A stretch of DNA of 64,000 nucleotides from NCBI GenBank assembly GCA_003971905.1, contig RSEE01000011.1, forward strand, positions 62,001-126,000. Reading direction: 5' to 3'. This document shows positions 54,001 through 64,000 of this stretch, one piece after another (position 1 is the stretch's first letter; every line of letters begins with the position of its first letter). A program made the position numbers and the translations under genes. The notes beneath the pieces are model-generated. The model had not been told where the DNA came from, searched no databases, and saw only the letters and a program-made list of their open reading frames with translations. The DNA comes from Moniliella sp. 'wahieum'. Lineage: Eukaryota.

Positions 54001-55223
54001 AAGTCAGCCCCGAAGCGAGAGCCAACCTAACCTTGGGCTGACGAAAACGCCTGATATGCTGATGGTATAGCGAAGAGCTGCGCGTTCTGAACCACAATCC
54101 CAATTGTCTTCTTATTGCTAGAGTCGATGGCTGTCAATAATGCGCGGCGAGGGTGAAGTGATCCAGAGCGCCATAGGCGGATGACTACATCCAAGTCCTC
54201 ACCGAGGCAACAACAATTCGAGTGCAATTGCTGGGAGATTACGTGCGATGATATACACAACTCCCTTAGTTCACCAAATGACTTTAATGACTGACCGTAC
54301 CTCTGTGGCTCCAAATTGATCTTGGTTGCATTCCACCCTACGCCCGAATGCTGTGGTTTACTATTCGAGCGGTTTCTGATGGCTTCCAGGCTATATAACT
54401 GGCATCGACCCCAACTTTTCTGGACGTTGATTTCCCCCGTGTCGGCACCCACCTTACCACTCACCGCCTCCACTTCCTCCCATTATAGGCTCTGTATTTG
54501 ATGGTATTTTTCCTAAAAGGCATAATAACTCGATCTCCCCTCTCATTTCCTTCGCCTCCCCGCGGTTCATGAAATGTTTGGTACAAGATACTGAGCCGCT
54601 TTGTGCATAACGAATACCGACCACTCACCCTCTCGAGTGGCATGAGATGCCCGCAGCTCTTCTAGTATGGTAGCTGTCTCCTTGCGCGTAATATAGAGAT
54701 GAAACAAAGAGAAAAGATGATTGAAAGTCATCGAGGGCGAGAGAGAGAGGATTCGAGGGGTTGAGCTTCAGGGCGCTGGTTGAGAGATGATCGCCATCGA
54801 TGCCCAAAAATCGATAAGCGATCGCGATTAAAGCGATCGTAAACGTGTAAACAAAACGATCGTTCCTGATGCATGATATGCATGAAGGCATGAAACGTGC
54901 ATGAACGTTGAACACGTTGAACGTTGAACGTACTGAACGTCGATCGAGAAACTCTCGATTAACGATCTATTCAGACATAACGTTAAACGTTAAACACGTT
55001 AAACGGTAATGCTTAAAGCCTTTAAGATGCTGTTAAAAACGATAAAAGAACGGTATGCGTTAACGCGTTAAGCTCGTTAAGGCCGGCCTTTTAGGCTACC
55101 TAAGCTTGGCTTTGAGTCGTTAGAAATGGTATTACGTTGTGCCGCTGGCGATTCCCAGTTTCAGGTTACCGATTAGATCGATTGTCGATTATCGATTCGA
55201 TTATCGATTATCGATGTACCTGG

Positions 55224-55258
55224 CACATGTCACATGTCACATGTCACATGTCACATGT
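55224..55258. repeat. (CACATGT) x5 perfect 7-bp tandem repeat, i.e. TCA-CATG units
   Basis: Direct reading; contains four overlapping GTCACATG. Confidence 0.9.
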
Positions 55259-58200
55259 CATGCACATGTTATACCTGCGGGCAGCTGTGCCGGCGGAAGG
55301 AAAAGATAGTTTGCTGTGCGATGGGAGTATTAGCACATGTAATACATACCTGGGATGGCGCAATGCTAGGCGCTGTGCACTGGGTGGGGGGAGGCGGTAT
55401 AAACGACTACTACTTCAAGGAGAACGAGAAAGAAATCATCGGAGTATGTAGTCAGTACGTCCGAACTCAGAATGCGGAGTACAGTGTACATGGATGAATC
55501 GATGAGCGCTGAGCCAATGATTAATTTATCACTACGCCGCGGCTACTGTAACGCGTGACGTATGGCCTGTGACACATGTGGCGGCCGTTGACAACGTTGA
55601 CATGGTACGTTGACACGTTGACACGGGAGTCCCTAAGGCCTAAGGCCTAAGGTCCTAGTTTGTCCCTCCTGCCACCGGGAATTGGTATCGGCCAGGGTAG
55701 GAAAATTGGCGACCGAACGCATCGAACGTTGGACGTACGTATACGTTGAAACACTGCCCCATCGATCATCGATATGGGCTTTCGTCTTTACATAATTCTA
55801 GCACTGCTCTACCGCGAACCCGTCGACGGCTGTCTCAAAATTTACGCCTAACACGATCATTGCAGCGCCCGCCGGCATGTGCTGAGGACAAGGCCGCATG
55901 CCACCTGTCACACTCAGTGTCACCGGTCACATGTCACATGTGCCGGTGACCGGCGACGCAGGGACGCAAACAGAACCTGTGACAGGTGACGTAGGTTCTG
56001 ACATGCGACATCGCGGCTGACATCGACAGAGCTGCATGCCGTGTGCGCCACGGTCTCGTATTTGTTTACCTGCTCTCGCCATCAACGTCATCTATCACCG
56101 CGTCATCGCCCAAGTCATCATGCATCCTTGAAGCTCAAGCTTCACGCTTCAAGCTTCACACCTTCATGACGCAGTCTCCAGCTCATCAGATGGGCTGATG
56201 TCAAAACTCGATGATCGATCTTTTTCGTCGTTTGGGGACGCAATCTTATATTCAACATGCAGCGCCATATAGCGTGTTGCCGAGCACACAAATATTCAGC
56301 GGGAGCACACTAATCATCTAGTGCTCTCGGCGCTCCCTCAGCGCCTCGGCACAGTCGCTCGCCATGAATACCGAGCGTACTGAGCGCTGAGTAGGTCCAG
56401 CCTGAGCGTGGGTCTCAGCGCTGAGTACCTGAGTATGAGACGCGCAATACTCTCTATGTGTTCAACACAACGTTCACCATTACTTTCTATGTTACAGAGC
56501 CCACCAATCGGGTTCAGACTGGAAGCTGTCCTCATCGATCGTGACAAAACTGGTAACCAAAAATAGACGATGGGGATTGATTGCTGATGAGCGAAGATAG
56601 TAAAGAGTTGCGGTGAGGGAGGGAGGAGAGGAGGAGGATGGAGTGAAAGAGAGGGAAAAAAAAACTAAGCTACGATTGCCGAAGCTTCGAGAAGGAGGCA
56701 CGTCGGACTGTCGGACTTCCCCCGGGCGGATGTAGCGGAGCTAGCTGACGGATGGAAGTGGTTGGGAACGTCGGAGTCCGGCTATACCTGGCACACTGCA
56801 CTAGTGTCCCAACGACACGCGTGCCTCGTCGTAGTCCGCATCACACGGAGCGCCTCTCCCGTGCTGTTACGAACAGAGGATCATTAATCAGTAATCATTA
56901 ATCACTATACACAAGCGCCAGAAAGTAGGGCAAAAAGTTTTTGTAATTCAGACAGGCACGATCGTCGATGGCGTATCGAAGCCGAAGATATTGTGCGTGG
57001 AACTCCGCCCCTCTGCGCTGTCTTACATTTCGTCCGTATTGCCTGCTCCCCGGTCCCCCGTCCCGTGGGCCTGAGATTTTGTTTGGAAGACGAAGGGGGC
57101 ATTTGAGTTTGCGGGGGGTGATGTGAAACTCTGCAGCGCTTGTTGAAAAGCCTGATGTACATACTCATGCATGATGCATGATGCATAGGGCCTAGGGTGC
57201 AATATGTCAGCCTGAGCATCCTGAGGGCCTCAGCCTCAGGGGCCAGGATGGGGTTTTTGACATATATTTTAGTAACAAAAACGCGGCAAATTTTGAAGGC
57301 TGGTGGGGTTTAACATGTAACAATGCCTAGGATACGAGACAGGGGCTGGAGGCTGAAGGAACCTTCGTTTTGGTGCCTATGGTACGTATCAGGCATCGTG
57401 CGCATCATGCAACTTACAGTACGGCCGACGCAACGTCTATTGCACAGGCTGAGCCAGTATTATTAAATTGATCGATGATCTAAAACTAATAAATAAGGCT
57501 GCCATAGTCGGGGCAAAAGCAACGAGCATGGACTCCCAGAAGTACACTTCAAGGAGAGAAATGACTTGGTTTGTCATTCACTGGCGAAGCCTGATGCCTG
57601 AGGCCGATGAGGTCTCAGATGGAAGTTCGCGCATTAGGCACGGCAATAGGAAGGGAGCGGAGGAAGGATTGCCAAATTGTATCAAGAGACCCGTAGCAAA
57701 GCCTATATAGGGACCAAAAAGGCGGACCTTTTATGCTAAGGGCGAAAGGGAAAAACCAGTTGAAGGTGCCTCGGTTCATGTTTTCTTCTTGAGCCAACTT
57801 TACAGCGTAGGGATAGTCTGTCGACGCCGACGCCCTACTTGGCGGACGAAGCGGACAGGGGGATCGCAGAAGGTGGGGTACGAACCCCCAGGAACCGGGC
57901 GTCGGATTGCTGAAGTGCAGCGTTGTGCAGACCCAGTACTCAGGACGCCTCAGATCCCCCAGTATCTCAGTAATACTTAGTACCCCGGGGCAAACAGTAC
58001 ACAGTACTCATCTCAGAGGCTGAGCTCAGGGCGAGGTCCTCTACAGATGATATAACTTGTGGACATGTGACATGTGACGTGGGACAGTTGACAACAAGGC
58101 GAAACAGCCGTACACCGATCGCACACCGGGTATCATATACGTGTACGTACTCAGTAAAGACACCCACCGGATCCACCATCCATCGATCATCTTGATCGCG

Positions 58201-58709
58201 GACACGCCCATGTGCGTCTGCGACAGACTAAGACTAGACCCCGGCCGTCTGCGACAGACCACAGAATAGCCCCCATCATGCATCCTGCATCTCATGCAAC
58301 ATGTCACAGTGCGCCACCACTAGGCATGTGAAATGGGGCAGGGGCAGCGCTAAGCTTAAGCTTTACGCAGCACTGCCTCCATTTCGGCTGGACCGCTGGG
58401 GATTCGGTCGTGAGCGCATGATCGATGATCGATGATTGGCTGTCCGGTCTTCCGGTGACCGGGACGCCATGACGCGGTGACTAGTGACTCCGCCGGGGAG
58501 GCCAGTGCCCTCCAGCGCCTCAGCGCTGATGCATGACGCATGCTTGATGGCCCTGCAGAGTGAACGGCGGGCTGAGCGGCTCCGCGCTGAGGGAGGCCTC
58601 CAGATCCGGTGCGGCAGGAGCTGTCAGCAGCCCCGTCTTTGCCTTAAAAGACAACACACACCGCCTACCCGCCCCTCCCTCCCCCGTGTTTCCCCTCCCA
58701 CTCGCCATC

Positions 58710-59912
58710 ATGTCATTCCTCCCTTCGTCTCTCCACATCCTCGCCCCAGGGTGCGAGGAGACGCTCCTGCACGCCCCTCGTCGGCGCCCCGACGCAGCTC
58801 GCAATGCTGCCCACCTTGTCTGGTGGCGCATTTGCCACAGCGCAGCGACACTGGACCCACTCAGTTCACCCAACTTTCCCCCACCCCGGCCACTCCCACC
58901 ACGCCGCGTCTCCCCCCCCTCCATCTGAACCCACTTCCTCTCCCGCCTCCTCGGTGTCCTCATTGGCATCCGACGTTGCCTTCGTCCCGACGCAGTTGCA
59001 GCCCCGAGGGCACAGCTCTCGGCTTCCAATCATTCCTCCCACCACCCAGCACATCGCCGCACGCTTAGCCGCCAGGAGATGGCTAGTCAGCGTCAAAATG
59101 TGTACATTGTCCGCTGCGCCCAGTGCGAACAAGTTCTTCACCGACGCGGGATGAAGGCGGTGCTGTGCTCAAGCCCCACGTCACACTTTACAGCACCGAC
59201 GCGATGCCCGCCAACTGCAGTGCTGTTATACCCCCGAACCCCTCCTGGGCAAAGTCTGCTGGACTCGGACGTGCCGCAGGAGCGGACGTGCAACTGCTTG
59301 ACCCAGACGCTCGGATGGCATGGATGCGGGAGCGTGGTGGGTTACAATGTCATTGCACCCTGTGCAAATGCAGTGGAAACGTTGCCAAGCACAGCCAAGG
59401 TTCAAACGGGTACGTCTTTCTTCTTGCGCTCTCATCTCTGCTCACCTTACTCACATTTCGTTGGTATCATGACAGGCATCGCATCGTTTTCCACTGCTCT
59501 AAATTAGCATCACACCCAGGCGCTATGTGCGGGGCGAGCGCGGGGTCAACGTCATGAACGTACCACTGCGGCTCAAATTGCTTCTGGAAGAACAAGCGCT
59601 TTTGGTTTCGCAAATCCAGTGTCTTCCTTCTTCCTCGCGCTCGGAATCGGCCGACGGGGGTGAGACAGAAACGGATTCGTCTCATCACGCATCGTTGCAA
59701 GATGACACCTGGTCGTTCTCCAGAAACGGCTGTGGACGGTCAACCACTTCCTGCGCTTACACTACACGTCACTCCTCAAACAATTTGATCGGGGTGCTCG
59801 CATCATTCTGGAGGGCGAGCCGGTATATTGGTCGGACATCAACCAGGAAGGCGGGGACGGACGCAACCTGTGACCCGGAGGAATTCTCCATTTGCCCTTG
59901 ACGGCCAGATAA
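58710..59912 (+). CDS. FAM72-family protein; probable intron ~59410-59475, frameshifted
   Basis: VYIVRCAQCEQVLHRRGMKAVL, LYSTDAMPANC, RTCNCLTQTLG.HGCGSVVGYNVIAPC, NGHRIVFH match the FAM72 Cys-rich core. Confidence 0.75.
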
Positions 59913-60948
59913 CCGTCCCTGGTTTCTACCTGCTTCTCACCCATCCATCATATATTATCTCTGCTCACCCGCGACAACATGCAAGGTCGCCTAGCCCGTT
60001 GTGGCTTCCAACGTTTGATACCTCTTCACCTTATTTACACACACACCCCTCCGTCTGGTCGCCGCGTCCGCGTTACGATCGCGCGTGGTGGGCTGCCCCT
60101 CCCCCCCCGCTCGCGTTCTCTCTAACTTCATCATCACTGTTCCCTTAATATTGTTCCCTGAGCCCACTCTTTTCATCATCTGTTCTGCTGGCCAGTGCGG
60201 AAGATCTTCATGGAAGAGAAGTGTCAAGCACTGGCCACAAGCCAGCTCCTCACTATCCATTTTAATCTCCTCCCACTCTCTCACATCCCGTGCATCGATA
60301 TTAACTCCCCTCCACATCTGTTTTTTGCTGTCCTCATGTTGGTATACATCCCTCACTGGCCTTGTTCGGACTCGATTGGCAAAATGGATCCCCCTCACAG
60401 TCACAAGTCGCAATAGTTTTCGGGGGTGAGTGGAGAGGGTATAGCGGCTGGGCTCTCTTTCCAACGACCCCGACATGTGTAACGATTCTTCAAAGTCTAT
60501 TTCCGATCTCTGATCAGGATCTCTCACCCCTCTCGATTCCAGCCCCTTCCAATCTTTTGCGCGGGCCATACCCCTAGGGCTAACAGAGCCAACAAAAAAG
60601 AGTGGGGCAGATGGATGGGGATGTGGGTGTTGAAGCTGATGGTGCGCAGTGTGATGAATCTAAACCTAAGTGAGCGGTTTTATGATGAACACCCTGATAA
60701 TGGAAACACAGGCTGCTGTGGCACACGCATAGTGTGATTTTGAGCCGAGACATCTTCAAAGGCTAGGCACTAAAAGGCGACCAGACCGAGACGTGAATAC
60801 AGCGTGAATATTGAATCCCACAGGGAAGACCCTGTAGCCTCTACAGAAAATTAAAAAGAGGAACTGAACACATTGATCGCAGGGGGGGAAGGGTCTATAT
60901 AAATGACTACTACATACTATAACTGGGCTAGAATATGTGCGTACAAAG

Positions 60949-60981
60949 GTACTCAGTACTCAGTTGAGTACTCAGTACTCA
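60949..60981. repeat. TNA/4-bp-palindrome run GTAC-TCA-GTAC-TCA-GT-TGA-GTAC-TCA-GTAC-TCA
   Basis: Direct reading. Confidence 0.85.
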
Positions 60982-62831
60982 CGGCCCACCAGGGAAGACC
61001 GGACACACAGACTTTTCGGCCGTTGCCGAGAGCGGAGTTCGGACTTTATGTTGCGTTTCGGCAGGCAGGACATGATCATATTGTGGTATGCGTGTAAAGG
61101 GAGGAAAAAGAACGATGACTGTGTGATAGGGGTCACATCGGTCAACACACAGGTCTCCACGACCACATGTATTCTTCTTTGTCGGGCGAGAACCTCTGCG
61201 AGAGCGGACAGTAAAGGTCGGATGAATCACTGAGAGCCGACCTGGCAAACGAAGCGCTCCTTAGTTCTGGCCCGATGAAGGTTTGTAATAATGCGTTTAT
61301 GAATCCGGCAGCCGCCTCACCTATGGCGCTCTCTCTCATATGACCTCACGATCATCACTCCGATTGCGAGATCGCGCACAAAACACGTGCCTTTTTTCAG
61401 CTTTTGTTGGTGACGTGGATGGACGGCCCCTCCCTTCGGAGGCGCGACCCACACACATTTTCTAGGGATGCTTCCTGTTTGGAGAGGAGATACCCACTCA
61501 CATTTTATCCACAGTCTACTATTGATGGATCTCCATAGAGGGCGACAAGTGAGAAGAGGTGAGAGAGGTTCAGTATTCTTGTACTCGGTGCGTCTCGGCC
61601 CGCGAATCAAGTGGTATACTTGTTGGCATACTCGATAGACAATTCTCTCTCAGAATTATGTACACAGAGGAACCCTTTGATGTGAGCAGACTCTGGCTCG
61701 ATCAAGGCAGGGAAGACCAGGCTAGAGGCCCCCAACTTATATTGCATCAAAAGGTATCGGCTGGACTAGTCTCGGGCATTAGCGGATCGTTTAAGAGCAG
61801 GTTCTTATTGAAGCCGGGCTTTTTGGTGGGATGGAAGCTGTGACGAACATGGCGATGAATTGAGCCAGAATGATTAATGACTTCCGATCGATGATCCTCG
61901 CCCTGTGGTTGCGGAACTTCGGGCAAAAAAAGGTACTATATCCGCAATGACAGCAATGGACCGGAGGCTTTGATATTGGTACCGAAGAAGAGGAGGTTTG
62001 GTGTGTCTAACAAACACCTCCTTATCCCCTCTCTGTGCCTTGCGACAGTCGGGTGAACGGGAGTCTGAGGGAGCTGGTGCTGAATGCAGAAATCGAAATG
62101 CGGCCGCCAGCCAAAGCGGAAAAGAGGGACCCAGAAGAAACCGACCGACGCACTTTATTGCCCATCACACCATGATTGGGCGCAGCAGCCCCGTTTTACG
62201 GTTATCATGGCCGGTTTTGAGAGCGACGGGGTGTGTGTCCTCGAGGTATGCTGGGAAAGAGAGCGAAGGGGGCATTATATGCTGAGAAAGAGAGCGAAGG
62301 GGGTATTTTTTTCGTCCCGAGTGCAGTCATATACAGAGCCACAGTGGCACCGGTTCATTTTGGCGTCTTTACTAGCACACATGGCTCTTCGTTCCTGCTG
62401 CTTATAGTATTGGACCACATCGGACGGCCTATCAGTCTCATCGTACCCACCCCCATTCACATATGCTACTTGGGACTACACCTCAATAACCACATTACAC
62501 ACCGCTTGTTCAGTTCGCCTGTTCATTCTCCCCAATCGAGGAAGTGGTAGAAATACAGGGCCATCGCATCGCACCCAACAGCATCCATGCCCAAACGAGC
62601 GGTGATGACACCAGCACAAAGGCTAAGCCGCTCGGGCGTCAGCCTAAGGGGTCGCGCGCGTCGCACCAAGCCAGAGGGGTGCGGGGGTATATGTGGCCGT
62701 GACGACATATACCAGTGTGCGCGACAAGAGAACCACGCGGAGAACCGCAGGCGTGCGGGGATTATGCGAGCGCACAGGCGCCACCAGCCCCCGTGCAACG
62801 ATGATGACCAGGGAGAGCCAAGAGACTATCA

Positions 62832-64000
<1,169 letters not shown>

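Noticed and set aside
54820..56430. CRISPR-like array or cloning polylinker (many restriction-site-like hexamers)
   Set aside because: No 20-40-bp direct repeats with unique spacers and no cas genes; the palindromes are dispersed through native intergenic DNA across the whole window, with no vector sequence
51130..58700. Mating-type (homeodomain or pheromone/receptor) locus in the large gene-poor interval
   Set aside because: No homeodomain WFxNxR motif, 7-TM receptor or convincing CAAX pheromone ORF found
59991..60569. 192-aa - strand ORF downstream of the FAM72-like gene
   Set aside because: No recognisable motif; consistent with a chance ORF over 3' UTR/intergenic DNA
60651..60697. Possible C/D-box snoRNA (GTGATGA...ATGATGA...CTGA)
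   Set aside because: Too short, no terminal stem and no identifiable rRNA guide

Overview
GC-rich, intron-poor eukaryotic DNA from a basidiomycete fungus, most likely Ustilaginomycotina (inferred from gene content, short GT-AG introns with CTRAC branch points, and gene styles). About 19 protein genes can be read: CCT7, FAB1, MTAP/MEU1, eIF4G, a secreted protein of unknown function, RPB3, a flavocytochrome b2-like enzyme, a GH128 glucanase, a SEL1-like/Cys-finger protein, THOC5, CDC16/APC6, PLC1, a Sec14-like protein, ATP1, SEC61, an epoxide hydrolase, an atypical MAP kinase, a FAM72 homologue and the 3' part of DED1. Nearly all carry single-base frameshifts, which are best explained as long-read consensus errors, so many gene ends are approximate. 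No tRNA, rRNA, CRISPR array or intact transposon was seen. The most striking unexplained signal is non-coding. Intergenic DNA is studded with clusters obeying one rule, T-N-A + a 4-bp palindrome + T-N-A (7-bp period). At least 12 different palindromic spacers occur, and different spacers sit in the same register within one run (e.g. TGA-AGCT-TGA-AGCT-TGA-CGCG-TGA). Also notable are a MAPK whose TxY motif reads S-G-H, a cytochrome b2-like enzyme ending in SKL with no mitochondrial presequence, and a ~7.5-kb gene-poor interval containing an unassigned 2.7-kb block.
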